NCBI GenBank assembly: GCA_019748155.1 | Contig: JAIEPY010000021.1 | Coordinates: forward strand, 2,958 to 66,957 | Reading direction: 5' to 3' | DNA length: 64,000 nt | From: Burkholderiales bacterium | GTDB taxonomy: Bacteria; Pseudomonadota; Gammaproteobacteria; Burkholderiales; UBA11063 | The notes under the pieces: model-generated | What the model saw: the letters and a program-made list of their open reading frames with translations, nothing else | Databases searched by the model: none | What the model was told of the DNA's origin: nothing | Shown: in pieces, positions 51,301 to 60,949 of the stretch | How the letters are laid out: each line of letters opens with the position of its first letter | Position numbering within the stretch: position 1 is the stretch's first letter | Translations under genes and position numbers: made by a program

Positions 51301-52548
51301 ACCAAGCCGAATGGTGAGAAAGTTATTGTATCGCGCTCTGCGGAATTAGTGATCCTAGATCAGCATAACCGTGAACGTGAACAGCATAAGATTCCATATG
51401 GTTCAATCTTAGCGGTGGCTCCAGAAACCAAAATTGAAGCTGGTGCAAAATTAGCTAGTTGGGATCCACATGCACGTCCGGTAATTTCTGAGCACACCGG
51501 TGTGATTATGCTCGAAAATGTTGAAGAAGGTTTGACGGTCGTTAAAGAAACTGATGATGTAACTGGTTTGACTGCACTTAAAGTAATTGATCCGGCAAAA
51601 GTAAAAGGTGCTAAAACGAAAGATAAAAACTTACGCCCAATCGCGCGTCTATTTGATGAAGATGGTAAAGAAGTTAAAATTTTTGGTACTGATGCGCCGG
51701 TTATTATTTCATTCCAGATTGGTGATATTATTGCGGTACGTGATGGTCAAAGCGTTAGCGCGGGTGATGTGCTGGCTAAAAAACCACAAGAATCACTTAA
51801 AACCCGTGATATTACCGGTGGTTTACCACGGGTGGCGGAATTGTTTGAAGCTCGGATTCCTAAAGCTGCAGGTATGTTGGCACCATTATCAGGTACAATT
51901 AGTTTCCTAAAAGAAACTAAAGGTAAACATAAGGTTAAGATTATCTCTGTTCAGGGTGAAGAAGTTGATTTATCAATTCCTAAAGATAAACATATTCTGG
52001 TAAATGATGGTGAGTATGTTGAACGTGGACAAGCGATTGTTGATGGACCAGTTGATCCACATGAATTGCTAGAAATGAAAGGTATTGAGGAATTATCCAA
52101 ATATATCGCGCATGAGGTACAGGAAGTGTATCGCTTGCAAGGGGTGAAAATCAGTGATAAACATATCGAAACGGTTGTTCGTCAAATGTTACGTCGCGTT
52201 GTGATTATTAATCCAGGTGATAGCAATATCTATCTTGAAGGTGAACAAGTTGAACGTTCAGCATTATTAGATGAAAATGATCGTTTGGTTGCCGACGGTA
52301 AAGAGCCTGTAGAATACAAAAATATTCTGCTTGGTATTACTCGTGCATCATTGAATACTGACTCGTTTATTTCTGCGGCATCATTCCAAGAAACTACGCG
52401 TGTATTGACTGAATCCGCGGTTGCGGGTCGTGTCGATTATTTACGTGGTCTAAAAGAAAACGTAATTATGGGGCGCTTGATTCCTGCGGGTACTGGTTTG
52501 GCTTATCACCGGGCTAAACATAATCAATACCCGGTTGTTGAAGAGTAA
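48361..52548 (+). CDS. rpoC: DNA-directed RNA polymerase beta-prime subunit
   Basis: 1395 aa. Zn-finger [23 protein letters not shown], catalytic [12 protein letters not shown] and the trigger-loop region. Confidence 0.99.
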   Translation: MFDFNNLFNGNKNGNEHYGYIRIGLASPDKIRSWSYGEIKKPETINYRTLRPERDGLFCARIFGPVKDYECLCGKYKRIKHRGVICEKCGVEVTLAKVRRERMGHIELASPVAHIWFLKSLPSRMGMVLDMPLRDIEHVLYFEAYAVIAVLDRVDPPMHPKDGKTPIKKGDILSPEQYNFIVENNEDDKLDVGIGAEAVRKMLMAIDIENEVISIKEDMATTKSETNLKKLAKRLKVLEGFKRSEMKPEWMIMDAIPVLPPELRPLVALDGGRFATSDLNDLYRRVINRNNRLRKLIQLRAPEIILRNERRMLQEAVDSLFDNGKRGKVITGANKRPLKSLAEMIKGKSGRFRQNLLGKRVDYSGRSVITVGPTLRLYQCGLPKIMALELFKPFVYHKLQILGLASSIKYAKRMVEQEHPQVWDILEDVIREHPVLLNRAPTLHRLGIQAFEPILVEGKALQLHPLVCSAFNADFDGDQMAVHVPLSLEAQMEARTLMLASNNVLSPAHGEPIIVPSQDIILGLYYMTREKINDKGEGAIFANFKELERAYQTGQVGLHAIVTVRLEEWYKDGNGEFMSHTVRRTTTVGRAILAQILPKGLDFELINKPLKKKEVAKLINVSFRKCGIKDTVILADRLMYTGFQYSTRGGISVCVNDMHVPQAKYTKVEKAQAEVDAITVQYNEGLVTQGERYNKVIDIWGRCGDDIAKTLMSELSKETVLDKDGNEVEQDSFNSIYMMADSGARGSIAQIKQLSGMRGLMAKPSGEIMETPITANFREGLTVSQYFISTHGARKGLSDTALKTANSGYLTRRLVDVTQDLVIIEDDCGTSNGVVMRSIIQGGDVIESLKDRILGRVIAEDVIDPDTQKIVIEAGQLVDEDMVETIEKTNIDEVKVRTPLTCETRYGLCAKCYGRDLARGYMVNIGEAVGIVAAQSIGEPGTQLTMRTFHIGGAASRAAAVSQVEAKSSGVVGYKDLRYVTKPNGEKVIVSRSAELVILDQHNREREQHKIPYGSILAVAPETKIEAGAKLASWDPHARPVISEHTGVIMLENVEEGLTVVKETDDVTGLTALKVIDPAKVKGAKTKDKNLRPIARLFDEDGKEVKIFGTDAPVIISFQIGDIIAVRDGQSVSAGDVLAKKPQESLKTRDITGGLPRVAELFEARIPKAAGMLAPLSGTISFLKETKGKHKVKIISVQGEEVDLSIPKDKHILVNDGEYVERGQAIVDGPVDPHELLEMKGIEELSKYIAHEVQEVYRLQGVKISDKHIETVVRQMLRRVVIINPGDSNIYLEGEQVERSALLDENDRLVADGKEPVEYKNILLGITRASLNTDSFISAASFQETTRVLTESAVAGRVDYLRGLKENVIMGRLIPAGTGLAYHRAKHNQYPVVEE

Positions 52549-52572
52549 ATAATCATACTCTACTAGTCTTAT

Positions 52573-52607
52573 AAAAAACGCTATCAGCAAATCTGGTAGC
52601 GTTTTTT
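52573..52607 (+). terminator. rho-independent terminator of the rplKAJL-rpoBC cluster
   Basis: AAAAAACGCTATCAG-caaat-CTGGTAGCGTTTTTT: a 10-bp stem followed by a T6 tract. Confidence 0.85.
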
Positions 52608-52683
52608 CTAACAAAATAACATTTAAAATAGATTTTTGAGGCACGACAAAGCCTAATAAGCACATAGGTAAAGGAAAGAGTAG

Positions 52684-53238
52684 ATGGAAAATACATCACA
52701 CAACTATCAAGAAGTAATCAGCTTTTGGTTTGAGGAGGTTAGTCCCAAGCAATGGTGGGTGAAAGATCAAGAGTTTGATAATTTGATTCGTCAGCGTTTT
52801 GAAAAATTGCATAGTGCTGCGCTCAAGGGAGAATTATGGGCTTGGCGAAACACTGCACTTGGTGCATTGGCGGAAATAATTGTGATTGACCAATTCTCGC
52901 GTAATATTTATCGGAATATGCCACAATCATTTGTATATGATCCGATCGCATTGATACTGGCGCAAAATACGATTTCACAAAAATTTGATCAGGAATTAGC
53001 ACCGACTATGCGTGGATTTGTTTATTTGCCATTTATGCATAGCGAGTCAGCGCTGATTCACCAAGAAGCGGTTAAGCTTTATCAACAAGATGGCATGAAT
53101 GGTAATCTTGATTTTGAACTCAAGCATAAAGTTATTATTGATCGCTTTGGGCGTTATCCTCATCGGAATATTATCCTTGGACGCGAGTCAACTTTGGAAG
53201 AAGTAGAATTTTTAAAAACTGATGGTTCTTCGTTTTAA
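52684..53238 (+). CDS. DUF924-family protein
   Basis: 184 aa. VISFWFEE..WW..D.EFD..IRQRF .. IIVIDQFSRNIYR is the characteristic DUF924 pattern. Confidence 0.75.
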   Translation: MENTSHNYQEVISFWFEEVSPKQWWVKDQEFDNLIRQRFEKLHSAALKGELWAWRNTALGALAEIIVIDQFSRNIYRNMPQSFVYDPIALILAQNTISQKFDQELAPTMRGFVYLPFMHSESALIHQEAVKLYQQDGMNGNLDFELKHKVIIDRFGRYPHRNIILGRESTLEEVEFLKTDGSSF

Positions 53239-53558
53239 CTCTCTTGAAGGTATATTCTCCATCGCTTTACTGCAGTAACTTAGTGTGGTAAAGCTACTCA
53301 TTAATGTGTGTTATTTATCGTTATGGGTGTACTTAAAAATATCCGATGATCCTACCGTAGTAAGTTTTACTTAAATTTATGCCAAAATTTTTTGCGATAC
53401 TCTCCAATAGTAAATTGTTTTATAATGTTATTATTTTTTAACAGCCCATTCAAGTATAATTCACAGTTCCCTATTTTGTCATAATGCTAATATCCAGCCC
53501 TAAGATAGCCTGCTCTAGTTAAGAATATATTGCAAATTATTTTGGGAGATTTTAGTAA

Positions 53559-54782
53559 ATGCAAAGCTCAAAGCTATATTACCAAATATTAATTGTTGTA
53601 GCCTTAGGTCTGTTTACAGATGGCTATTTTTTATATATGACATCTTGTACGGAACCTTTGATTAAATTATCATTACACTTATCAGAATTTCAAGTTGGAA
53701 TCATGCAATCAATCGCTCCTGTTGGGGCTGTCATTGGTGCAATCTGCTCCGGACCATTGACTGATAAGCATGGACGTAAACCAATGTTAGCCATCGATCT
53801 AACTCTGTTTTTAGTGGTGTCAATATTATTATTCTTTGCCCATAGTTATTCTGAAATAGTTGTTGAACGTTTTGTCATTGGTGTAGGTGTGGGTGTAGGA
53901 TATCCTATCTATGCCGCTTACCTTGCTGAATCAACTGCAGAAAGAGAGCACGGAAATATTGTTGCAATTTCAATGTTTGTTAATGTACTTGCAATGCCTG
54001 CTGTTGCAGTAGTAGGATATTTTTTATATCGATATTTTGCCAATGACTCATGGCGGTATATATTTCTATCTGCAGTGATACCTACCATACTGTGTTTTAT
54101 TTCTCGCAACAAACTTCCTGAGAGTAAGGTATGGCAGAAACTAGATAAAAGTAAAGTAAACGAAGGGTTTTTTAGTAAATATGCTCATTTATTTTCTACA
54201 GAATATAGGTTGCAAACTATTATTTTAGCAAGTTGCTGGTTTATAATGGACATCTCTTATTATGGCATTGGTTTGTTTACTACAGATATTGTACATATGT
54301 TTAAACATTCTAGTGGATTGGAGAATAATTTTCTAAATGATTTATATGATAGTGCAATTATAAATTCGTTTGCAGCACTTGGTGCTTTTATTGGAATTTG
54401 GTCCATAAAATACTTCTCTAAAAAGAAATTACAAAAGTATGGATTTTACTTATCTGGAGTCGGTTTATGTTTACTCTCGCAGCATGAGAGTATAAGCTCT
54501 TCCGGAATTTTTTTGATTGCTGCATTTTCATTATATAATATAGCAATTAATGTGGGACCGGATATTACAACTTACTTATTACCCTCGGAGTCATATCCGC
54601 CTGAATTTAAGGCGACAGGACATGCTTTCTCAACGGCTATGGCAAAAACCGGAGCTGTAGTTGGTAGTATGGGGATGCCGATAGTTCAAAGTCTAGTTGG
54701 TATTCATGGAGTATTATTGTTTTTAGGTGTATCTTTGTTTGTTGGTGGTTATGTTACTAATTTTATTAAGAAGGAAAATTAA
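53559..54782 (+). CDS. MFS transporter (sugar-porter-like), candidate 2-aminoethylphosphonate importer
   Basis: 407 aa, about 12 TM, MFS motif A GPLTDKHGRKP. The stop lies 2 nt before phnX, so the two are probably co-transcribed. Confidence 0.6.
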   Translation: MQSSKLYYQILIVVALGLFTDGYFLYMTSCTEPLIKLSLHLSEFQVGIMQSIAPVGAVIGAICSGPLTDKHGRKPMLAIDLTLFLVVSILLFFAHSYSEIVVERFVIGVGVGVGYPIYAAYLAESTAEREHGNIVAISMFVNVLAMPAVAVVGYFLYRYFANDSWRYIFLSAVIPTILCFISRNKLPESKVWQKLDKSKVNEGFFSKYAHLFSTEYRLQTIILASCWFIMDISYYGIGLFTTDIVHMFKHSSGLENNFLNDLYDSAIINSFAALGAFIGIWSIKYFSKKKLQKYGFYLSGVGLCLLSQHESISSSGIFLIAAFSLYNIAINVGPDITTYLLPSESYPPEFKATGHAFSTAMAKTGAVVGSMGMPIVQSLVGIHGVLLFLGVSLFVGGYVTNFIKKEN

Positions 54783-54784
54783 TT

Positions 54785-55582
54785 ATGAATGTTCAGGCAG
54801 TTATTTTTGATTGGGCTGGAACTACAATTGACTATGGTTGTTTTTCACCCTTGGCTCCTTTTATAAGTGCATTTGCTAAGTATGATCTAACTGTTAGTTT
54901 AGATGAGGCACGTGGTCCAATGGGGAAATTAAAAATTGAACATGTGCGTGATTTGCTTAATCTAGACACGGTAAAAGAGCAATTTTATAAAAATAATAAA
55001 CGTGTGGCTAATGAAGATGACACGGTTGCTATATATAAAGAATTTGAAAAACAGGTTTTTGAGGGGCTAGCAGATTTTGTGGTGTTAATACCTAATGTTG
55101 CTGAAACAGTTAATACATTGCGTCAAATGGGTTTAAAGATTGGTTCTACCACTGGTTATACCAAAGAGATGATGGATATTATACTTCCATTGGCTAAAGA
55201 GCAGGGTTATGCACCGGATTATTGTGTTTCCTCAACTGAAGTATTACGAGGGCGTCCATACCCATATATGATATATCAAAATGTGCTCGCATTGGATATA
55301 ACTGATATTAACGCAGTAATAAAAGTTGGGGATACTGTCTCAGATATATTAGAAGGAGTTAATGCCAAATGTATCTCAGTTGGGGTAGTTCAAGGTAGTA
55401 GTGAGCTGGGATTATCTTTAACTGAATTTATGAAGCTTGATATAGAGCAACAAAAAATAAGAAGCAATATAGTTCGTTATAAAATGTATGCAGCTGGCGC
55501 ACATTATGTTTTAGATTCAATTAGTGAGCTTCCTGATCTAATCAATGCAATTAACCAGAATTTTTCAAACCGTAAATTTTAA
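54785..55582 (+). CDS. phnX: phosphonoacetaldehyde hydrolase (phosphonatase)
   Basis: HAD-superfamily start VIFDWAGTTIDYGCF..ARGPMGKLKIEHV, matching PhnX including the Schiff-base lysine region. Confidence 0.88.
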   Translation: MNVQAVIFDWAGTTIDYGCFSPLAPFISAFAKYDLTVSLDEARGPMGKLKIEHVRDLLNLDTVKEQFYKNNKRVANEDDTVAIYKEFEKQVFEGLADFVVLIPNVAETVNTLRQMGLKIGSTTGYTKEMMDIILPLAKEQGYAPDYCVSSTEVLRGRPYPYMIYQNVLALDITDINAVIKVGDTVSDILEGVNAKCISVGVVQGSSELGLSLTEFMKLDIEQQKIRSNIVRYKMYAAGAHYVLDSISELPDLINAINQNFSNRKF

Positions 55583-55594
55583 GGATAGCAAAAG

Positions 55595-56749
55595 ATGAAT
55601 TATGTAGAGATGATTCCAGAAAATGATTACTTACTCCTAACGCCAGGACCATTGAGTACGTCTAAGTCAGTACGTGCCGCATTATTAAAAGATTTATGTA
55701 CTTGGGATGATGATTATAAAAACCTAGTTCAAGATGTTAGATTAAGATTAAGACAACAATTATTTGCCAATGATAATGAAAATAAATATACTTCTGTATT
55801 AATGCAAGGTAGTGGTACATTTGTCGTAGAATCAGTAATTGGAAGTGTAATTGGCGAAAATGATAAACTATTAGTATTATCTAATGGTGTCTATGGTCGA
55901 CGTATTTATGAAATTGCAAAAGTTCTTAAATTAAATGTGATTGAACATAATGTTGGAGAACAAGGCGATTTAAACAATGATGATATTGCAAAGTATCTTG
56001 AACAGGATAAATCAATTACGCATGTAGCGTTTGTACATTGCGAAACTACCACTGGTGCTTTGAATGATTTGCAATCATTGGCAGACTTAATTAAAAAAAC
56101 ATATAACAAGAAGCTTATTGTTGATGCAATGAGCAGTTTAGGTGGTATCCAAATTGATATTGTAGGTTTAGATATTGATTTTATTATTAGCTCTGCCAAC
56201 AAATGTATTCAGGGAATTCCAGGTTTTGGCTTTGTAATTGCAAAAACACAAGAGTTAGTGCAGTGCAAGGGCGTAGCAAGATCACTATCTCTTGACCTAT
56301 ATGAACAATGGTTTAATATGGAAAAGCAAGACCCTGGTAAATGGCGCTTTACTTCTCCGACACACGCAGTTAAAGCATTTCATCAAGCCTTAATTGAATT
56401 GGAAGTTGAGGGTGGTGTAGATGCTCGTGAAGCTCGTTATCGTTCCAATCATAAAGTATTATTAGATGGGATGCAGAAATTAGGTTTTAAACCTTTAATA
56501 GAAAGTTTTCGGCAATCGCCAATTATTACAACCTTTCTTTATCCAGAACAGTTTAGTTTTAAAGAGTTTTACTTTAAAGTTAAAGAGCACGGCTTCGTTA
56601 TTTATCCCGGAAAAGTTACGAATTTAGATACTTTCAGAATTGGTAATATTGGCCATATTTTCCCAGAAGATATTGAGCGACTAATAAAAATAATTTCTAA
56701 AGAAATAGGCTCAGATTTAAATTTAAATAATGAGCCAAATTTAAGTTAA
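55595..56749 (+). CDS. phnW: 2-aminoethylphosphonate--pyruvate transaminase
   Basis: Class V aminotransferase. LLTPGPLSTSKSVRAALLKDLCTWDDDY start and the PLP-lysine region SSANKCIQG. Adjacent to phnX. Confidence 0.88.
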   Translation: MNYVEMIPENDYLLLTPGPLSTSKSVRAALLKDLCTWDDDYKNLVQDVRLRLRQQLFANDNENKYTSVLMQGSGTFVVESVIGSVIGENDKLLVLSNGVYGRRIYEIAKVLKLNVIEHNVGEQGDLNNDDIAKYLEQDKSITHVAFVHCETTTGALNDLQSLADLIKKTYNKKLIVDAMSSLGGIQIDIVGLDIDFIISSANKCIQGIPGFGFVIAKTQELVQCKGVARSLSLDLYEQWFNMEKQDPGKWRFTSPTHAVKAFHQALIELEVEGGVDAREARYRSNHKVLLDGMQKLGFKPLIESFRQSPIITTFLYPEQFSFKEFYFKVKEHGFVIYPGKVTNLDTFRIGNIGHIFPEDIERLIKIISKEIGSDLNLNNEPNLS

Positions 56750-56767
56750 AAATTTGCTGGGTAAATA

Positions 56768-56796
56768 GAAAAGCGCTACCATAAGGCAGCGCTTTC
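56768..56796 (+). terminator. candidate terminator after phnW
   Basis: GC-rich hairpin GAAAAGCGCTACC-ataa-GGCAGCGCTTTC followed by a short T run. Confidence 0.5.
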
Positions 56797-56860
56797 AGAT
56801 TTAGTCAGCAGTTTTAACTAGCTGACTTGCTTTAGCGGTATAACTTAACCGCGTAAAAGA

Positions 56861-57886
56861 TTATAAAGATTTACTGATAAAGTGATGAAACTCAGGACTC
56901 GGTAATTTATCAATAGTATAAAATCCAGCTGGTGCATCTAAAACATGTGGTATTCTATTTACAATAGTTGCACAAGTTAGTTGTGGCGTTGCTGGCGATG
57001 AAATATTTACCGTAGTAGTTGGTTCACCCTCAAGACTCCAATTAGTTACATCAATCTCACCTGGCTCATACACTTTACCTACAGTGTCAAACTCGATTAC
57101 CGTACCTTGATAAGTCGTGATAAAAACTGATGATTTCATACCTGCGGCTTGATTTGTACCTAAGGTAGTACCCATTGTTTTAGAGTAGACATCTTGCTTA
57201 TTGTAGACTGGAACTTTTTTCTCATGGATTGACTTGATAGTCATTCCTAATCTTGAAGCAAGAGCTTCACCAGCATTCCAGCCAAATGATGGAGCCGTGT
57301 CACTAGATATGTCTTGTTTAAATTGTTCTTCAGATAAACCAACTCCATGAACCTGAGCTAAAGCTTGTCCATAATCATCAACGTTATAAGTGCTAAGACC
57401 ATAGATTCGATCTATTTTTTGTGTAGAAGATGCAATAATGGCGGCTAGATTAACATAATAAATATCTTGAATACCAGAAGCCGTCACGGTACAATTATTT
57501 TTTCTTGCTAGCGCATTTAACTTGTTGCTTAGTTCTGGGTTAGTATTCCATGAATAAAATGCTTTTTCACAGATAGTTAATACATTGATTCCATGATTAA
57601 CTACTGCCTTTAGCTGTGGATAAACATCTTCCATTGTACTACGCGTTCCAACAATACATAAATCTGCGGCACTTGAGCTTAGTACTGCTTCATGATCACT
57701 ACTAATTTTAATATTTAATTTATAACCAAGATTAGCAACATCACCAAGATCTTTGCCAACTCGAGCAGGATTTCTATCAATAGCGCCGATAATCTGAACA
57801 TTTTTTTGTAACAAATAATTAACCATTATTTGTCCCATATTGCCACAGCCCCATAAAATAACCTTAACTTTTTGTGTATTAGACAT
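56861..57886 (-). CDS. NAD(P)-binding DapB-N-like dehydrogenase (amine-dehydrogenase / diaminopentanoate-dehydrogenase-like family)
   Basis: 341 aa. N-terminal Rossmann motif VILWGCGNMGQ and an overall DapB-like two-domain layout. Substrate unknown. Confidence 0.45.
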   Translation of the reverse strand: MSNTQKVKVILWGCGNMGQIMVNYLLQKNVQIIGAIDRNPARVGKDLGDVANLGYKLNIKISSDHEAVLSSSAADLCIVGTRSTMEDVYPQLKAVVNHGINVLTICEKAFYSWNTNPELSNKLNALARKNNCTVTASGIQDIYYVNLAAIIASSTQKIDRIYGLSTYNVDDYGQALAQVHGVGLSEEQFKQDISSDTAPSFGWNAGEALASRLGMTIKSIHEKKVPVYNKQDVYSKTMGTTLGTNQAAGMKSSVFITTYQGTVIEFDTVGKVYEPGEIDVTNWSLEGEPTTTVNISSPATPQLTCATIVNRIPHVLDAPAGFYTIDKLPSPEFHHFISKSL

Positions 57887-58182
57887 AATACTTCCTTTTT
57901 AAATAAAATATATTAAAATAATAAAAACACTCTTAATTTATTTAACTATTTTTGCAGTAGCAAAATAATCACCATGGCGCTATTATATTTCGCTATTTAC
58001 ATTTATAGCAAGTACGCATATAAATAGCACATAGTATACAATTATGCACAAATGTGCTTATATAAGGGGTTGTGTAAAATATTAAATTTTAATTAATTTT
58101 GAATATCTAATATTTAGTAGCATATGTACATAAATATGCTATACTCCATGATTAGATAATTATGGATAGAAAGGTATAAAAG

Positions 58183-58524
58183 ATGGAAGAAAAAGTAACT
58201 TGTGACAAATATGATGACCATCCAACCATAATGTTTGTTCAATTATTGGGTGGGAAATGGAAAATTTGTATCCTTGGTACCTTATTAAAGGGTACTACAC
58301 GATTTGGTGAATTACTCAGGATACTTGAGCCAGTTACGCGACGAATGCTGGTCAATCAACTTAGAGAGCTCGAAGTAGATGGGCTGGTTGAACGAAAAGT
58401 ATATGCCCAAGTCCCTCCTAAAGTAGAATATTCACTTACTCCGTTGGGACAGGAACTTGGACCAATTTTGAGATTATTGGAAGATTGGGGCAAGCACTAT
58501 CTGGAAGTAACTAGTAATAAATAA
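58183..58524 (+). CDS. HxlR-family winged-helix transcriptional regulator
   Basis: 113 aa. LLGGKWKICILGTLLKGTTRFGELLR..RMLVNQLRELEVDGLVERKVY..PPKVEYSLTPLG is a canonical HxlR pattern. Confidence 0.85.
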   Translation: MEEKVTCDKYDDHPTIMFVQLLGGKWKICILGTLLKGTTRFGELLRILEPVTRRMLVNQLRELEVDGLVERKVYAQVPPKVEYSLTPLGQELGPILRLLEDWGKHYLEVTSNK

Positions 58525-58593
58525 GCTGCTTATAAATTGTGACAAAGGCTGTAGAGTTAAACCTCTACAGCCTTTTTATGTGAGATTGGAGTA

Positions 58594-59757
58594 TTAATTT
58601 AGTTCAAAGATAGCTTGGATTTCTACTGGAGAATTAAGCGGTAATGAACTTGCGCCAAAAGTTCCTCGGGTGTGAACGCCTTTATCACCAAAAATATCTA
58701 CAACCAAGTTGGAGGCTGAATTCATTAACCCTGCATGATTGGTAAAATTAGGTAATGTATTGAAAGTTCCTGATAATTGAACAACTTGTTTTACATTGTC
58801 TAAATTACCATCTGCTGCAACTTTCAAAACCGCTAAGACATTGAGCATAGTTTGCTGGGTTGCTTGTTTGGCTTGCTCTTGAGTAACACCACTTTCAATT
58901 ATACCAGGATAAAGAATTTTGCCATCTTTAAGTGCTACCTGATTGATATAAACTAAGTTGCCAACTCTTTTAAATGGAACATATTTACCAACTGGTTGAG
59001 GCGCTATCGGTAGGCTAAGACCTAGTTTTTGTAATTTAGTTTCAACCGTATTAGTGGTGGCTTTTTCACTTGCTACAGGGATTATGATTTTTTGATCAAG
59101 ACTAGTATGGGTGATTGCATTGGCAAATTTTTGTCCCTGAAAATAAGCGTACTTAAGCTCATCTTTTGATGGACGGTTATCACCGGGTAAGCATGAACGA
59201 GTTGTAGTTCCATATGGTGTATTACCTTGAGGAATAGCTTTATTAACCCCGTCGATACTAGAATTACCTAGGGTAACAATGGTCATCCCGTGACTGGCTA
59301 AAATATTCCAGAACGAAGTAATTGAAGTTTCATTGCCGCTGCCACTACAGCCAGACATAAACACCGTTGTCGGAACATTCGCTAGCTCTTGCTTTTTCCA
59401 AATTGCCAATGTTTGGGTCATAAAAGCTGACATATTGGTGCTGATATTGCCAAAATATATCGGAGAACCAAAGGCGATTCCACTATATTTGACTAACTCA
59501 TCGGTTGAAGCAACTGGAACTTTATCGAGGTCATTAGTTGTGTGTTCTTGATTTGGTACTTTTTTAATTACTGCATGAAGCCCTTTGTTTTCTATCCCAG
59601 CTTTGATTGATTCTGCTAGTTTATACGTATTACCACCACTAGAATCAATCAGGACTAAGACATCTTTATTATTTATATCTGCTGCAAAAACCTTGCTTAA
59701 GCTAGCTAGAGCCAGAATAAAACCAAAAATAAATTTTAAATAGAAAGAAATTCGCAT
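58594..59757 (-). CDS. signal-peptide-bearing fusion of a flavodoxin-like (WrbA/NAD(P)H-quinone-oxidoreductase-type) domain and a RidA/YjgF-like domain
   Basis: 387 aa. Hydrophobic N-terminus ending ..SLSKVFA-AD; flavodoxin-like VLVLIDSSGGNTYKLAE..GSPIYFGNIS..; C-terminal half VGKYVPFKRVGNLVYINQVA..HTRGTFGASSLPLNSPVEIQAIFE typical of RidA-family proteins. Confidence 0.6.
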   Translation of the reverse strand: MRISFYLKFIFGFILALASLSKVFAADINNKDVLVLIDSSGGNTYKLAESIKAGIENKGLHAVIKKVPNQEHTTNDLDKVPVASTDELVKYSGIAFGSPIYFGNISTNMSAFMTQTLAIWKKQELANVPTTVFMSGCSGSGNETSITSFWNILASHGMTIVTLGNSSIDGVNKAIPQGNTPYGTTTRSCLPGDNRPSKDELKYAYFQGQKFANAITHTSLDQKIIIPVASEKATTNTVETKLQKLGLSLPIAPQPVGKYVPFKRVGNLVYINQVALKDGKILYPGIIESGVTQEQAKQATQQTMLNVLAVLKVAADGNLDNVKQVVQLSGTFNTLPNFTNHAGLMNSASNLVVDIFGDKGVHTRGTFGASSLPLNSPVEIQAIFELN

Positions 59758-59846
59758 AAATTATCACCTTAAATAGTTAATGCCGTGATTATAGTTCAAC
59801 TATCCAGATTTTAATACCTTGCTTTTGCCAGGGTAAAAACCGCAAA

Positions 59847-60539
59847 TTAATTTACGCTTGATGATTTATGTACATAAGCTAACAGTAAATCTAGTGGGAT
59901 ATTTTTATACATCCCAGTCTCAATTAATAATTGTCGATAACGAGTAGCAGCACCAGCTTTCCAAAATCTATATCGACAGATTCGCGCAAAAATTTGATTT
60001 AGGCGTGATTTAGAAATCCCCAAATGAGTAGCAATTGCTATGGCATTCCAATCTAGAAGTAAGAGTAATCCAATCAGCCATTCACGATGGCTTAATTGGG
60101 GATGCTCAGGAGTAGATTCAGTCTGCAAATAATGAGAAATTTCACTTGCGCTAGGATTATTTTTCTCTGATAATGGCTCAGCTACAACCCCTAATGCCAC
60201 TACTTGTTGATCTACAATCAGCGGATAGCGATAAACTTCAAGCACCACTAAGCGATTATTAATGATAAATGTTTCAAGCGCAAGAGTAGGGCTAGCTTGA
60301 GTTAGTGCTTGTTGATCTTTGGCTAAAATACTCTGTTGGCTGGGAAGATCAAAGGCAAAATTATCCAGTGACTGCAGTATATCAGCCCGTGACTCTTCAG
60401 GTGCAAAATAATCTAAGTATTTGGGTGAAGTGCTCAAATAGCTAGCCTGAGTATTGCGGATTGCATATACCGGATCTGGGCTATGCCGCTGTAAGTATGG
60501 TTGAAATCGTCGCCAAATTAAATTTGTATTAATATTCAT
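59847..60539 (-). CDS. atypical LuxR/GerE-type HTH regulator with PAS-like N-terminal domain
   Basis: 230 aa. The C-terminal LSHREWLIGLLLLLDWNAIAIATHLGISKSRLNQIFARI fits a LuxR-type HTH loosely. The N-terminal region is paralogous to the 257-aa ORF at 62922-63695. Confidence 0.5.
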   Translation of the reverse strand: MNINTNLIWRRFQPYLQRHSPDPVYAIRNTQASYLSTSPKYLDYFAPEESRADILQSLDNFAFDLPSQQSILAKDQQALTQASPTLALETFIINNRLVVLEVYRYPLIVDQQVVALGVVAEPLSEKNNPSASEISHYLQTESTPEHPQLSHREWLIGLLLLLDWNAIAIATHLGISKSRLNQIFARICRYRFWKAGAATRYRQLLIETGMYKNIPLDLLLAYVHKSSSVN

Positions 60540-60949
60540 AATAATAAAAAATCCTAAATAAAAGAACTCTATCGTGATAGAGCTTTGTTGTTATCTCATA
60601 TGTTAGCAAACTTTATAAATCTAATTTTTTTAGCTAAATTTTGGATTTTACAACATTCTTGACTGATTACAGAAGTGGAAAATATTTTCCATAAAGACTA
60701 AAGCCTTAACTTATATTCAAAACTTATTACACCTAAAATATTACGGTATATTCTCAATTCACCCGCTTAAAAATTAGTAGTTTAGAATATAGATGACACC
60801 TAAAAATCTAGGGGTTGTAAATACTGGAGCGTAGATTATGGGAAAAATTCCGCGCTGTTGCGAAAGTGAATACTTAGCATATAATGCGGTGTTCTATAAG
60901 CCGATTTGGTTTATAAGGTTAAAAAATTTAAATTCTTAAAAGGATTCTT

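Noticed and set aside
56802-56828. The hairpin AGTCAGC-(11 nt)-GCTGACT considered as a terminator for the convergent dehydrogenase gene.
   Set aside because: It has a large loop and no T-tract on the relevant strand, so it is not convincing enough to annotate.
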